A stretch of 64,000 bases of DNA from Oscillospiraceae bacterium (GCA_015063545.1 SVTX01000004.1:4691-68690), one strand, 5' to 3'. Counted from the stretch's first letter, positions 47,099 through 57,718 are shown. The notes: generated by a model from the sequence alone, not told the origin. Numbers and translations: made by a program.

Positions 47099-47881
47099 TT
47101 ATTTTTTTGCTCTCGCTACGATATACCAGCGAGTGTTATTATCTTCTGCTTTGCCAAAGGAGTAATCTCCGAAAAAGTCTATGACTTCAAAGCCTGAGTC
47201 TTCAAGGGCGTGTGTCAGCTCGTCTCTGTCAAAGCATCTTTCTGTCTGAAGCTCATCTGTGCGTATATATTTGCCGTTTTTATCTTCCTCAAATACGCTA
47301 AGATAGAAATTGCACAGCTTACTTTCCCTATCATATTCATTTTGCCAAGCGCAAAGCACGGATTTACCGTTGCATTCATCCTCATGAATGTATGAATTAT
47401 CGGCATATATATTTTCAAACTTGTATGGCGTGTTTACGTCAAATATAAAGAGTCCGTCGGGGTCAAGATAGTTGTGTACGCAAGAAAGACATTTTTTAAG
47501 ATCGCCCTCTCCCGACAAATAGTTTATGCTATCAAGGCAACAGGTGACCGCGCTCACCGTGCCGTAAAGCTCAAATGAACGCATATCCTGACACAGATAC
47601 AGAATCGAGTCCATATCCTCGTCGTACTTTCTTTCAAGTGCGACCGAGAGCATGTCCTCGCTTCCGTCAATGCCTATCATATCGTAATTGCGTTTTGCCA
47701 ATTCCAGTGTCATACTGCCCGTGCCGCATGCAAGGTCAAGCACTATCTCCGGGCGCACCGAAAGAAAACGGTCAAAGCAGGCTTCAATAAAATCCGCCCA
47801 TTTGCCGTAATCTATCTCGGAATTTACCTTATCGTATATCCCGTATATCGAGCCATAGCCCGAATATGTATTCTGTTCCAT
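47099..47881 (-). CDS. Class I SAM-dependent methyltransferase
   Basis: [17 protein letters not shown]...GIDGSEDML. Start moved to ATG 47881, 4 nt after the yerC-like stop. Confidence 0.8.
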   Translation of the reverse strand: MEQNTYSGYGSIYGIYDKVNSEIDYGKWADFIEACFDRFLSVRPEIVLDLACGTGSMTLELAKRNYDMIGIDGSEDMLSVALERKYDEDMDSILYLCQDMRSFELYGTVSAVTCCLDSINYLSGEGDLKKCLSCVHNYLDPDGLFIFDVNTPYKFENIYADNSYIHEDECNGKSVLCAWQNEYDRESKLCNFYLSVFEEDKNGKYIRTDELQTERCFDRDELTHALEDSGFEVIDFFGDYSFGKAEDNNTRWYIVARAKK

Positions 47882-47885
47882 ATTT

Positions 47886-48191
47886 TTACTTGTTCTTCTT
47901 TTCTTGAAGCTTGATGTTTTCCAACACCTTGCTATAACCGCCGTTGCCATATTTAATGCAGTGGTTTACACGGCTTATGGTTGCGGTGCTGAGTCCTGTC
48001 TGTGCTGCTATCTCGGAATATACATAGCCGTCGCTGAGCATTCTTGCCGCTTTTATTCTTCTTGACATTTCCTGAAGCTCGGAGACTGTACACAGATCTT
48101 CAAAGAAGTTTTTGCAGTCTTCGGGATCGTCAAGTGTGATTATGCCCTTGTAAAGAAATTCAATGTTTGCGTCAAGCTTGGAGTTTTTCAT
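47886..48191 (-). CDS. YerC/YecD-family TrpR-like protein
   Basis: 101 aa. FFEDLCTVSELQEMSRRIKAARML...YSEIAAQTGLSTATISRVNHCIKYG. Confidence 0.85.
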   Translation of the reverse strand: MKNSKLDANIEFLYKGIITLDDPEDCKNFFEDLCTVSELQEMSRRIKAARMLSDGYVYSEIAAQTGLSTATISRVNHCIKYGNGGYSKVLENIKLQEKKNK

Positions 48192-48274
48192 GTTTTTACC
48201 TCATTTTTGTTATTTTGGGGCAGCTATACTTATATTTTATCACTTTAAGTCGCTAAAGTAAAGAGGTTTTTGAA

Positions 48275-48327
48275 AAAATTTTCAAAAATAAAAATTTTCA
48301 ACAATGCGTTTAGTTTTTGAAAATTTT
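48275..48327. promoter_or_regulatory. Three exact copies of an 11-mer (two direct, one inverted) in the divergent yerC-like / HTH-TPR intergenic region
   Basis: AAAATTTTCAA at 48275-48285 and 48291-48301, and its reverse complement TTGAAAATTTT at 48317-48327, 3 nt upstream of the -35 box. Confidence 0.55.
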
Positions 48328-48330
48328 ATA

Positions 48331-48359
48331 TTGACTTTGGACGACAAGTATTATATAAT
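48331..48359 (+). promoter_or_regulatory. SigA-type promoter: TTGACT, 17 nt, TATAAT
   Basis: aTTGACTttggacgacaagtattaTATAATaa. The -35 is 48331-48336 and the -10 is 48354-48359. Confidence 0.6.
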
Positions 48360-48406
48360 AATACTTAGATAGTCAAAACTCTTGACGAAAGGAATAATTA
48401 TTTGAC

Positions 48407-49489
48407 ATGACAGGAATCAAAATCGGCAAAAAAATAAGATTGCTTCGTAAAAAGAACGACACAACGCAGGAAAAGCTTGCGGAATATCTTAAGGTAACTC
48501 CTCAGGCGGTTTCTCGATGGGAATCCGAGATATGCTATCCTGATATAGAAACGCTTCCCTTGATAGCAGATTTCTTTGGGGTAGGAATGGATGAGCTTCT
48601 CTGCTACGACAGTGTTCAGAAGGAAGCAAAGATAAAGGATTATCTTGAACGTGCAGAGCGTCTTGAGGATAGCGAGAGCTTTGGCGAGTGCCTCGAGCTT
48701 CTCCGTGAGGCTTATGCGGAGATTCCTTCCTCGTTTGAAATTCAGCTTGAGCTTGCAAAGGTTCTTTCCGCAATTAACGTGGACAAGCCCAAAAAGGCAG
48801 ACCTTGCCGAGGCTATTTCCCTTTGTAACCACGTGCTTGATTACTGTACCGACGACGAGCTTCGAGATGAGACCAAGAAAACTCTTTGCGATATCTATTC
48901 TCACCAACTCAGAAATGATAAGGCTGCTCTCGATATAGCCGAAAAGCTTCACAGTATGGACTACAGTAAAGAGATAGTAAAGGCTACCGTACTCACAGGA
49001 GAGATTGCTTTTAAACAAGCCCAAACGAACATAGTGGAATTTGCCGACAATATCTGGTGGCATATATACAACATTTCCTGTGTTCCCGATATTGCAGAGA
49101 ACAATTACACGCTTGATCAAAAGATACAGGTCATGAAAAAAGGAATTGATCTTTTTGAGGTGATTTTCGGAGATGGACTTCTCTATTACAATGACAGAAT
49201 TGCGAATTCTTACCGTCAGCTTGCAATGCTTTATCTTATGCAGGGTGACAGAGTTAAGGCTCTTGACTGTGTTGAAAAGATGGCGCAGTATGCTATTGCG
49301 TTTGATACGCGTCCCGACAGCGCAAATTATACGTCTATCCTTATAAATAAAGTTGAGCACGTCAGGAGTGGAGATATAAGTCTTTGTTCCAAGCTCCTTC
49401 GCGGCAGATTCTCCAGCCGTATATGGGCGCCTATAAAGAATGAGCCGAGATTTATTGCGGCAGTACAGTCAATGGAAAAGCATATTTAA
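48407..49489 (+). CDS. XRE-family HTH regulator with a ~290-aa helical-repeat (TPR-like) C-terminal domain
   Basis: IGKKIRLLRKKNDTTQEKLAEYLKVTPQAVSRWESEICYPDIETLPLIADFFGVGMDELL is an HTH_3 domain. The rest is predicted all-helical and repeat-like. The 320-aa minus ORF on the opposite strand is an antisense shadow. Confidence 0.8.
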   Translation: MTGIKIGKKIRLLRKKNDTTQEKLAEYLKVTPQAVSRWESEICYPDIETLPLIADFFGVGMDELLCYDSVQKEAKIKDYLERAERLEDSESFGECLELLREAYAEIPSSFEIQLELAKVLSAINVDKPKKADLAEAISLCNHVLDYCTDDELRDETKKTLCDIYSHQLRNDKAALDIAEKLHSMDYSKEIVKATVLTGEIAFKQAQTNIVEFADNIWWHIYNISCVPDIAENNYTLDQKIQVMKKGIDLFEVIFGDGLLYYNDRIANSYRQLAMLYLMQGDRVKALDCVEKMAQYAIAFDTRPDSANYTSILINKVEHVRSGDISLCSKLLRGRFSSRIWAPIKNEPRFIAAVQSMEKHI

Positions 49490-49509
49490 TTTAAAGGTGG
49501 TACACGGAT

Positions 49510-51183
49510 ATGAAAACAGATATAGAAATAGCAAGAGAAGCGAAAATTTTACCCATAAAAGAGGTTGCGGCATCTGTGGGTATTTGCGAGGAAGACCTTG
49601 AGTTTTACGGCAAGTATAAGGCAAAGATAAGCAACGAGTATATGAACAAGGTTGCGTCAAATCCCGATGGCAAGCTCGTTCTCGTTACGGCTATCAACCC
49701 CACCCCCGCAGGCGAAGGTAAGACTACTACGAGCATTGGTCTCGGTATGGCTATGTCAAAGCTTGGCAAAAGGACCATGATTGCTCTCCGTGAGCCTTCC
49801 CTCGGTCCCGTGTTCGGTGTCAAAGGCGGCGCGGCAGGCGGCGGATACTCGCAGGTCTTACCTATGGATGATATTAATCTCCACTTTACGGGAGATTTCC
49901 ACGCAATTACTGCGGCAAATAACCTTCTCTGCGCGATTATTGACAATCATCTCCAGCAAGGAAACGTGCTCGGTATTGACGAGCGCAGAATACTTTTTGG
50001 TCGTGTTACCGATACAAACGATCGCGCGCTCCGTAATATAATCGTAGGTCTTGGCGGCAAGGTAAACGGTGTTCCCCGTGAAGATCATTTCCATATCACA
50101 GTCGCTTCGGAGGTTATGGCTATTCTCTGCCTTGCTGAAAATATTACCGACCTTAAAGAGAGACTTGGCAATATTCTTGTAGCGTATAAATATGACGGCT
50201 CGCCCGTGTACGCTCGTGATCTTCAGGCTCACGGCGCTATGGCGGTGCTTCTCAAGGATGCAATTCAGCCTAATCTTGTGCAGACGCTTGAAAATACACC
50301 CGCTATCATTCACGGCGGACCTTTTGCAAATATTGCTCACGGCTGTAACAGCGTAAGAGCTACAAAGCTTGCGCTCAAGATTTCTGACTATACGATTACA
50401 GAGGCAGGCTTTGGCGCAGACCTTGGAGCTGAAAAGTTCCTTGACATCAAGTGCCGTAAGGCAGGTCTTACTCCCTCCGCAGTAGTTATAGTTGCTACAA
50501 TTCGTGCGTTGAAATATAATGGCGGAGTTCCCAAGGCAGAGCTTAAGGCGGAAAATCTTGAGGCTCTCAAGCGCGGATCTGTAAACCTTGAGGCTCACAT
50601 TGACAACATTCACAAGTTCGGCCTTCCCGTTGTCGTTGCGATAAACCGCTTTGATACTGATACCGATGCGGAAATTGCACTTCTTACCGAGATGTGCAAC
50701 TCCAAGGGCGTTGATCTTGCGCTCTCTGAGGTGTTCGCTAAGGGCGGTGACGGCGGCATTGAGCTTGCAAAGGCGGTTATCAAGGCTTGTGAGAAGCCCT
50801 CTGATTTCAAGTTTATGTACAGCGACGATATGAGCGTTGTGGAAAAGATAGAGGCAGTTGCAAAGAATATTTACGGCGCTGACGGTGTTAATTTCGACGC
50901 GGCGGCAAAGAAGCAGCTTGACGAGATAATTAAGCTTGACGAGAAGTATTCCAAGTTCCCCGTTTGCTTTGCAAAGACACAGTATTCTCTTTCCGACGAT
51001 CCCACAAAGCTCGGACGTCCCTCAAACTTTAATATTACAGTCCGTGAAGTCAAGCTCTCCGCAGGCGCAGGCTTTATAGTAGTACTTACGGGCGCTATTA
51101 TGACTATGCCCGGTCTTCCCAAGGCTCCTGCGGCATACTCAATAGACATTGACGAGAACGGAGTCATCACAGGACTGTTTTAA
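49510..51183 (+). CDS. fhs: Formate--tetrahydrofolate ligase
   Basis: 557 aa. [14 protein letters not shown] and the family-typical C-terminus. Confidence 0.95.
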   Translation: MKTDIEIAREAKILPIKEVAASVGICEEDLEFYGKYKAKISNEYMNKVASNPDGKLVLVTAINPTPAGEGKTTTSIGLGMAMSKLGKRTMIALREPSLGPVFGVKGGAAGGGYSQVLPMDDINLHFTGDFHAITAANNLLCAIIDNHLQQGNVLGIDERRILFGRVTDTNDRALRNIIVGLGGKVNGVPREDHFHITVASEVMAILCLAENITDLKERLGNILVAYKYDGSPVYARDLQAHGAMAVLLKDAIQPNLVQTLENTPAIIHGGPFANIAHGCNSVRATKLALKISDYTITEAGFGADLGAEKFLDIKCRKAGLTPSAVVIVATIRALKYNGGVPKAELKAENLEALKRGSVNLEAHIDNIHKFGLPVVVAINRFDTDTDAEIALLTEMCNSKGVDLALSEVFAKGGDGGIELAKAVIKACEKPSDFKFMYSDDMSVVEKIEAVAKNIYGADGVNFDAAAKKQLDEIIKLDEKYSKFPVCFAKTQYSLSDDPTKLGRPSNFNITVREVKLSAGAGFIVVLTGAIMTMPGLPKAPAAYSIDIDENGVITGLF

Positions 51184-51184
51184 T

Positions 51185-51643
51185 ATGAAATTCCCTTTTG
51201 TTATAAATACGGATAAGGTAGAGTTAACGGAAAATGTGGGACGTGAGCTGGCTACAGCTCTTGTGGCAGATACGTGTCTTCCCCGATTTGTTGCCATGTA
51301 CGGTGACCTCGGTGTCGGAAAGACCTCGTTTGTCCGCGGATTTGCATCAGCACTTGCTCCAAATGCAGCGGTAAAGTCCCCTACGTTTGCTCTTGTAAAT
51401 GAATATAAATGCATTGAAAACTCGGCGAAAATAAAGAAAATATGTCATTTTGATATGTACAGAATTGTTGATGAGGATGATCTGTACTCAGTAGGCTTTT
51501 ATGATTATTTGCGCCCGGATTCTTTTTGCATTGCAGAATGGTGCGAGATGATACCGTTTGCCCTTCCGAAATCCTATATTAAAGTTGAAATTGAAAAGAC
51601 CGACCTCGGCGACGGCAGAAAGATCACCGTAACGCTTGTATAG
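51185..51643 (+). CDS. tsaE: tRNA t6A biosynthesis ATPase TsaE
   Basis: MYGDLGVGKTSFVRGF, SPTFALVNEY and HFDMYR. ATG 51185 lies 1 nt after the fhs stop. Confidence 0.85.
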   Translation: MKFPFVINTDKVELTENVGRELATALVADTCLPRFVAMYGDLGVGKTSFVRGFASALAPNAAVKSPTFALVNEYKCIENSAKIKKICHFDMYRIVDEDDLYSVGFYDYLRPDSFCIAEWCEMIPFALPKSYIKVEIEKTDLGDGRKITVTLV

Positions 51644-51660
51644 TCGGCAGAGGTTATTTA

Positions 51661-52356
51661 ATGAAAATTTTAGCACTTGACAGCAGTGCTTGTGTAGGTA
51701 CTGTTGCGCTTTGCGAAGACGAAAAATTAATATGTGAATTGACTACCAACACAGGTAATACTCACAGCGAAACGCTTCTCCCCACTGTTGAGCAAATACT
51801 GAAGTTGACTGATACGGCTATAGACGATATTGATCTGTTTGCATGCAGTGTCGGTCCCGGTTCATTTACCGGTGTTCGTATTGGAGTTGCGACAGTCAAG
51901 GGTATTGCATTTGGAAAAAATAAGCCTTGTGTGGGCATTTCAACGCTGGATTCGTTGGCTCGCAATATTGCTTGTTTTGAAGGAATTCTCTGCCCTGTAA
52001 TGGATGCGCGCAGAGATCATGTTTACAACGCATTGTATGAATGTTCAAACGGAAAAGTAACAAGACTTTGTGATGACAGGCTGATTTCGGTTTGTGATCT
52101 TGATCGGGAGTTATCGTCATTGTCAGAAAAGATATATCTGTGTGGCGACGGATACGGTTTATGCGAGAAAAAATTCAATAGCGCAAAAATTGAATTTACA
52201 CCGCAGAGACTTTGTCTTGAGAGTGCGTACAGCGCGGCACTTGTGGCTTTGGAAAAGTACAGAAACGGTGAATTTGTAAGTGATTTCGAACTTGCCCCTG
52301 TGTATCTCCGCCCCTCGCAGGCGGAGCGAGAAAGAAATGAAAAGCTGAAAGGTTGA
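51661..52356 (+). CDS. tsaB: tRNA t6A biosynthesis protein TsaB
   Basis: MKILALDSSA...GPGSFTGVRIGVATVKG. Confidence 0.9.
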   Translation: MKILALDSSACVGTVALCEDEKLICELTTNTGNTHSETLLPTVEQILKLTDTAIDDIDLFACSVGPGSFTGVRIGVATVKGIAFGKNKPCVGISTLDSLARNIACFEGILCPVMDARRDHVYNALYECSNGKVTRLCDDRLISVCDLDRELSSLSEKIYLCGDGYGLCEKKFNSAKIEFTPQRLCLESAYSAALVALEKYRNGEFVSDFELAPVYLRPSQAERERNEKLKG

Positions 52357-52364
52357 TTATAAAA

Positions 52365-52817
52365 ATGGTAACTAAAAAGATAATTATGGGCTCTGACCAC
52401 GCAGGTCTGTCCCTTAAATTAAAGGTGATCGAGCATTTAAATGAGCGCGGTATAGAGGTCGTGGATGTTGGAACTTACACCGCCGATTCCTGTAGCTATC
52501 CCGATTACGCGATAGCTCTCTGTAAAAAAATTCAGGCGGGTGAGGCTGAGCTTGGAATACTTGTCTGCGGTACGGGTATAGGAATGTCTATTGCGGCTAA
52601 CAAGCACAACGGCATTCGCGCGGCTTGCTGCTCGGACACCTTCTCCGCGAGAATGACGAGAATGCACAACAACGCAAACGTGCTTTGCTTTGGAGAGCGT
52701 GTGGTCGGTGCGGGACTTGCCTGTGATCTTGCTGATATTTTCATTGATACTGAGTATCTTGGCGGCAGACACGAGGCTCGCGTGCAGATGCTTGCTGATA
52801 TTGAGGCGGCAAACTGA
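52365..52817 (+). CDS. rpiB: Ribose-5-phosphate isomerase B
   Basis: IIMGSDHAG, VCGTGIGMSIAANK and NANVLCFGERV. Confidence 0.9.
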   Translation: MVTKKIIMGSDHAGLSLKLKVIEHLNERGIEVVDVGTYTADSCSYPDYAIALCKKIQAGEAELGILVCGTGIGMSIAANKHNGIRAACCSDTFSARMTRMHNNANVLCFGERVVGAGLACDLADIFIDTEYLGGRHEARVQMLADIEAAN

Positions 52818-52880
52818 CTTTTGGTCAAATCGAAAGTGCCGCTATTTTAGATTATTTATTGTTTCAGAAAGGATAGTGCT

Positions 52881-53651
52881 ATGTCTGAACGTACCGACAA
52901 GCCGCACAAGATAGCAAACGTATTGCGCGCTATCGGCGGCAAGGAATATCCGAGAAAGTTCACCTCGGCAATAATTTTGGCGGCGGGCTCGTCCACCCGT
53001 ATGGGAGAAGGCTCGACCAAGCAGTTTTTAGAGCTTGAAGGAATACCGATAGTTGCAAGAACGGTTAAGGCTTTTGATGCCGCAGAATCAGTTAATGAAA
53101 TAATTGTTGTCGCAAAGCAGGATGAAATATCAATGTATGATAATTTCTGTCAAAAATACGGTATAACCAAGCCGTTTTCAGTTGTTGCAGGCGGCAATAC
53201 ACGCCAGGAATCTGCTCGGATAGGTCAGGATGCGGTATCAAAAAAAGCGAAATTTGTTTGCATTCACGATGCTGCAAGATGTCTTATAACAGATGAGCTT
53301 ATAGTCAAGGTTTGCCGCGGAGCATATTTGCACGGTGCGGCTGCGCTTGCTATAAAAGCAGTTGATACGGTCAAGATAGTAGATAAAAATGTTTATATAG
53401 ACTCTACCCCTGAGCGCAAGTTCACATATCAGGCGCAAACCCCTCAGGTCTTCCCTGTCAACGCATACCGCGCGGCAGCGTATGTTGCGAAAGAAGAGGG
53501 ACTTGAGGTAACAGATGACTGTATGTTGTTTGAGCATATAAAAATTCCCGTAAAGCTCATAGAGGGCTCTCGCGAAAATATCAAGATAACCGAGCCGATT
53601 GATATGGTATTTGCAAAAGCCATTCTTGAGTCAAGAAAAGAGGAAAAGTAA
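52881..53651 (+). CDS. ispD: 2-C-methyl-D-erythritol 4-phosphate cytidylyltransferase
   Basis: [13 protein letters not shown]...KQFL and VCIHDAARC. The stop overlaps the ispF start (TAATG). Confidence 0.9.
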   Translation: MSERTDKPHKIANVLRAIGGKEYPRKFTSAIILAAGSSTRMGEGSTKQFLELEGIPIVARTVKAFDAAESVNEIIVVAKQDEISMYDNFCQKYGITKPFSVVAGGNTRQESARIGQDAVSKKAKFVCIHDAARCLITDELIVKVCRGAYLHGAAALAIKAVDTVKIVDKNVYIDSTPERKFTYQAQTPQVFPVNAYRAAAYVAKEEGLEVTDDCMLFEHIKIPVKLIEGSRENIKITEPIDMVFAKAILESRKEEK

Positions 53652-54124
53652 TGAGAATCGGTCACGGATATGATGTCCACAAATTGGTCGAAGGAAGAAA
53701 ATGCATAATCGGCGGAGTTGAAATACCGCACGAAAAAGGTCTTCTCGGTCATTCGGATGCTGATGTTTTAACTCACGCAATAATGGATGCTCTGCTCGGT
53801 GCTGCTGCGATGGGAGATATAGGAAAGATTTTTCCGGACAGCGATCCCAGATATCTTGGTGCAGACAGTTTAAAACTTGCGCAAAAGGTCGCATCCTTGC
53901 TTTCCGAAAACGGTTATAGAATTGTAAATATTGATTCTACGGTAATTGCGCAGGCGCCGAAGCTTTCCCCACATATCGAAAATATGAGAGAAAAGCTTTC
54001 GAATGCGCTTGGCATAGATGCTGAGTGCATAAGCGTAAAGGCAACCACTGAGGAAAAGCTCGGTTTTACCGGACAAGGTCTTGGAATTGCGGCCCACGCA
54101 GTATGCTTGATTGAAAAAATGTAA
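53651..54124 (+). CDS. ispF: 2-C-methyl-D-erythritol 2,4-cyclodiphosphate synthase
   Basis: [12 protein letters not shown]...[11 protein letters not shown]. Confidence 0.95.
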   Translation: MRIGHGYDVHKLVEGRKCIIGGVEIPHEKGLLGHSDADVLTHAIMDALLGAAAMGDIGKIFPDSDPRYLGADSLKLAQKVASLLSENGYRIVNIDSTVIAQAPKLSPHIENMREKLSNALGIDAECISVKATTEEKLGFTGQGLGIAAHAVCLIEKM

Positions 54125-54292
54125 GATATGTCATCACGTCGTTCATATGCTTGCTTTTTGTCCACGTCCTCTGTTTTTGACTTATCGGCGCATGACTGAC
54201 GTGTATTCCTACATATTACATTGTATGACAGTATTCAACCTTATTCTACACGTATTGACAATACAAAATTCATTTTGAAAGGCGGTTAATTT

Positions 54293-54964
54293 ATGATCTA
54301 TATTGCTCCTTCTCTGCTTTCAGCAGATTTTTCAACTCTTAATACAGAAATCAAGCGAGTCAGAGATGCCGGCGTAAAATATTTGCACCTTGATGTAATG
54401 GATGGCGCATTTGTGCCAAATATTACTTTTGGTCCTGATCTTATATCATGCATACGTAAATGCTCGGACATGTTCTTTGACGTGCATTTGATGATAAAGC
54501 GTCCCGAAAGATATATTGACCGTTTCGTAAAAGCGGGCGCCGATAGCATCACTGTGCATTATGAGGCGTGCGAAAATCCCATGTCAGTCATAAATCTTAT
54601 TCGCTCATACGAGATGCAGGTCGGTGTTGCAATATCCCCGAATACCCCTGTAGAGCATTTGTATCCGCTTGTAGAATACATAGATCTTGCGCTTATTATG
54701 ACTGTTGAGCCCGGATTTGGAGGTCAGTCAATGATTCCCGAGGCACTGGACAAAGTGCGCGCACTCAAAAAATATGTTTCTGAGCGAGGCATTCAGTTGG
54801 ATATAGAGGTTGACGGCGGAATAAAACCTGAAAACATAGGACTTGTCACCAGCGCAGGCGCAAATATTATAGTTGCCGGCTCGGCTATATTCAAAGCGAA
54901 AAAGCCCAGATCTGTAATTCAGGCTATGAAGGAATCTGCGGCACAGAATCCTTACAAAGGCTAA
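54293..54964 (+). CDS. rpe: Ribulose-phosphate 3-epimerase
   Basis: IAPSLLSADF, HLDVMDGAFVPNITFGP, VEPGFGGQ and VDGGI. Confidence 0.95.
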   Translation: MIYIAPSLLSADFSTLNTEIKRVRDAGVKYLHLDVMDGAFVPNITFGPDLISCIRKCSDMFFDVHLMIKRPERYIDRFVKAGADSITVHYEACENPMSVINLIRSYEMQVGVAISPNTPVEHLYPLVEYIDLALIMTVEPGFGGQSMIPEALDKVRALKKYVSERGIQLDIEVDGGIKPENIGLVTSAGANIIVAGSAIFKAKKPRSVIQAMKESAAQNPYKG

Positions 54965-54979
54965 GCATTCTGATATTAA

Positions 54980-55012
54980 AAAGGCTATTGCAGTCGCAAT
55001 AGCCTTTTATTT
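54980..55012. terminator. Bidirectional hairpin terminator between convergent rpe and alaS
   Basis: AAAGGCTATTGC-AGTC-GCAATAGCCTTT followed by TATTT. Confidence 0.8.
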
Positions 55013-55014
55013 GT

Positions 55015-57642
55015 TTATTTAAGCATGCCTTCAAGAGTTGCCTTTGCACTTGCAAGTGCATCGTTTATCTTGGACTGGTCAACGCCGCCTGCCATAGCGG
55101 AATCGGGGCGTCCACCGCCCTTACCGCCTGTGATGGATGCAACAGCTCCAACGAGCTTGCCTGCGTGTGCGCCTGCTGCAACTGCGTCCTTACCTGCAAC
55201 GGCGATAAAGTTAAGCTTGCCGTTTGCCTTGACTGCAACTACCGCAACGGTATCGGGACAATCTGCCTTAATCTTGTCCGTGAGGCTTCTTGCCGCGTCT
55301 ATCTCCATATCAAGCGTTGTAGCTACAAGCTTTACAGAGCCGACATTGACTGCGCTTGCAAGCACGTCGCCGAGCTTGGAGCCTGCAAGTTTGGAGTTAA
55401 GGGCTTCAATTTCCTTCTTCATCGCAGATATTTCACCTTGAAGTGCGCTTGCTTTTTTTGCGATATCCGCAGGGTTCTGAACTTTAAGCTCAGATGCGGT
55501 TTCGTGAATGAGCGCATCTTTGTTTGCTATGAGGTTGAGCACACCAAGGCCTGTTACTGCCTCAATACGGCGAACTCCTGCTGCAACGCTGGACTCGGAG
55601 ATGATCTTGAACAGACCTATTTTTCCTGTGTTGTTGCAATGTGTACCTCCGCAAAGCTCGGTAGAAAAGCTGCCCATTTTGACCATGCGAACCACCGCAC
55701 CGTACTTTTCTCCAAAGAGAGCCATTGCGCCGTTCTTTCTAGCGGTTTCAATGTCCGTCTCAATAGTTTCAATGTCATATGCAGTGAGGATGTTGAGATT
55801 AACAAGAGCCTCTACCTTTGCTATTTCCTCTTTTGTAAGAGCCGCAAAGTGTGTAAAGTCAAATCTGCATACCTGATCATCTACGTAAGAGCCTGCCTGT
55901 TCAACGTGTGTTCCAAGCACCGCGCGGAGAGCCGCCTGAAGCAGATGAGCCGCGGAGTGATTGCGGGCTATTGCCATACGTCTTGCGTCCTCAATGTCAG
56001 CTGTTACCGTGTCGCCAACCTTCAAGGTGCCGTTTGCGACTGTGCAGAGATGTATATAAACACCGTCGGTTTTCTTGGTATCATATACATTTGCAATAAA
56101 TCCGTCAGAGTAGATAGTACCCGTGTCTCCAACCTGTCCACCACCCTCTCCGTAGAAAGGTGTGCGGTCCAGAATGATAGAGCAATCTCCCTCGGAAATG
56201 GAATCAACTATTCCCTCTTCGCCCATAATAGCTATGACTTTTGCTGTACTGCGAAGCTCGGTATAACCTGTAAACTCAGTCTTATCAAGATCGGAGAGCA
56301 TGGACTTTGAGGACTCGTCCCAACCGCCAATATTAGCTCTTGCCTCTCTTGCGCGGGTCTTCTGTTGCTTCATAAGCTCAAGGAACTTATTTTCATCTAT
56401 CTTGAGATTGCTTTCAGCCGCGATCTCGCGTGTGAGGTCTATCGGGAAGCCAAACGTATCATAGAGCTTGAATACCTCCTCGCCCGAGATAACGTCGGAG
56501 TTGTTTGCAATAGCTCCGCGGATAAGGTCTGAGAGGATGGAAAGACCTGCGTCAACGGTTGCATCAAAGCGGTCCTCTTCCATAGAGATTACCTTAAGGA
56601 TATAATCGCGTTTTTCGTTAAGCTCCGGATATGCATCACAGCTTTCGTTAATTGCTACCGTTACAGTATCAACAAGGAAGGGATGGTTGATGCCGAGAAG
56701 CTTTCCGTGACGGCAAGCACGGCGGATAATACGGCGAAGCACGTAACCTCTGCCCTCGTTAGAAGGAATAACACCGTCGCTTATCATAAACATCGCACTT
56801 CTTGAGTGGTCTGTTACAACTCGGATAGAAATATCGTTTTCTGCGTTGTCACCGTAGCTCTTGCCTGCTATCTCGCAGGTCTTGTCTATTACCTTACGGA
56901 TGGAGTCAACCTCGAACATGTTATCAACTCCCTGCATAACGCAAGCAAGTCGCTCAAGTCCCATACCTGTATCGATGTTCTTCTGTGCAAGCTCTGTGTA
57001 GTTACCATGTCCGTCGTTGTTGAACTGCGAGAATACGTTGTTCCAGATCTCCATAAATCTGTCACAGTCGCATCCGGGTTTACAGTCGGGAGAGCCGCAA
57101 CCGTACTTTATTCCGCGGTCAAAGTATATTTCAGAGCAAGGACCGCAAGGACCGCTTCCGTGCTCCCAGAAGTTGTCTGCCTTGCCGAGACGAACCACAT
57201 GTGCGGGGTTCACGCCGATTTTGTTTACCCAAATTTCGTATGCTTCTTCGTCCTTCTCGTAAATTGAAGGCCAAAGAAGGTCTGTGGGGATCTCAAGAGT
57301 TTCGGTAAGGAACTCCCAAGCCCACGGAATAGCTTCTTCCTTGAAATAATCTCCGAACGAGAAGTTTCCAAGCATTTCAAAGAACGTACCGTGACGCGCG
57401 GTGTGTCCTACGCGCTCAAGGTCGGGTGTACGGATACACTTCTGACACGTAGTTACTCTATTACAAGGAGGCACAACCTCACCCGTGAAGAACTTTTTCA
57501 TGGGAGCCATGCCTGAGTTTATAAGAAGGAGCGATTTGTCGCCCTGAGGTACGAGAGGATATGAAGGGAGACGAAGATGTCCCTTGGATTCAAAGAAAGA
57601 GAGATATTTTTCTCTGAGGTCATTAAGTGATGTCCACTGCAT
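55015..57642 (-). CDS. alaS: Alanine--tRNA ligase
   Basis: MQWTSLNDLREKYLSFFESKGH, FTNAGM-like SGMAPMKKFF, the editing-domain HSAAHLL, and the C-terminal DHHA1 region. Start moved to ATG 57642. Confidence 0.95.
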   Translation of the reverse strand: MQWTSLNDLREKYLSFFESKGHLRLPSYPLVPQGDKSLLLINSGMAPMKKFFTGEVVPPCNRVTTCQKCIRTPDLERVGHTARHGTFFEMLGNFSFGDYFKEEAIPWAWEFLTETLEIPTDLLWPSIYEKDEEAYEIWVNKIGVNPAHVVRLGKADNFWEHGSGPCGPCSEIYFDRGIKYGCGSPDCKPGCDCDRFMEIWNNVFSQFNNDGHGNYTELAQKNIDTGMGLERLACVMQGVDNMFEVDSIRKVIDKTCEIAGKSYGDNAENDISIRVVTDHSRSAMFMISDGVIPSNEGRGYVLRRIIRRACRHGKLLGINHPFLVDTVTVAINESCDAYPELNEKRDYILKVISMEEDRFDATVDAGLSILSDLIRGAIANNSDVISGEEVFKLYDTFGFPIDLTREIAAESNLKIDENKFLELMKQQKTRAREARANIGGWDESSKSMLSDLDKTEFTGYTELRSTAKVIAIMGEEGIVDSISEGDCSIILDRTPFYGEGGGQVGDTGTIYSDGFIANVYDTKKTDGVYIHLCTVANGTLKVGDTVTADIEDARRMAIARNHSAAHLLQAALRAVLGTHVEQAGSYVDDQVCRFDFTHFAALTKEEIAKVEALVNLNILTAYDIETIETDIETARKNGAMALFGEKYGAVVRMVKMGSFSTELCGGTHCNNTGKIGLFKIISESSVAAGVRRIEAVTGLGVLNLIANKDALIHETASELKVQNPADIAKKASALQGEISAMKKEIEALNSKLAGSKLGDVLASAVNVGSVKLVATTLDMEIDAARSLTDKIKADCPDTVAVVAVKANGKLNFIAVAGKDAVAAGAHAGKLVGAVASITGGKGGGRPDSAMAGGVDQSKINDALASAKATLEGMLK

Positions 57643-57689
57643 AATTTTTTCTGCCTTGCCTTTCAAATATATGTTTACTTAACCCATAA

Positions 57690-57718
57690 ATTATAACATT
57701 TTATTATATTCATGTCAA
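57690..57718 (-). promoter_or_regulatory. SigA-type promoter: TTGACA, 17 nt, TATAAT (minus strand) for alaS
   Basis: Minus strand reads tTATTGACAtgaatataataaaatgtTATAATtt. The -35 is 57713-57718 and the -10 is 57690-57695. Confidence 0.6.

Noticed and set aside
48190-48372. Candidate signalling-peptide ORFs near the HTH-TPR regulator: the 23-codon MFLPHFCYFGAAILIFYHFKSLK at 48190 and the 22-codon MRLVFENFILTLDDKYYIIILR at 48304
   Set aside because: Neither has a Shine-Dalgarno sequence. The first overlaps the yerC-like start codon and the second overlaps the regulator promoter, so I am not calling them genes.
48398-49360. 320-aa minus-strand ORF fully overlapping the HTH-TPR regulator gene
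   Set aside because: The + frame has a textbook XRE HTH, a consensus promoter and sensible composition. The minus ORF is rich in L/K/I/F/R and has no motif or RBS. A long antisense ORF is expected from codon bias.
54125-54292. 168-nt spacer between ispF and rpe with no terminator, checked for an sRNA or riboswitch
   Set aside because: No stable conserved-looking structure or recognisable riboswitch core was found. It most likely contains only the rpe promoter region (a TTGACA at about 54255).
55165-56310. 381-aa + strand ORF inside alaS. Similar long antisense ORFs lie at 41013..41771 (rhaB), 49858..50613 (fhs), 33245..33907 (prfA), 45539..46168 (GH36) and 13926..14480 (comEC).
   Set aside because: All lie antisense to genes with strong family signatures, lack SD and start context, and have Cys/Arg/Leu-rich nonsense-like composition.
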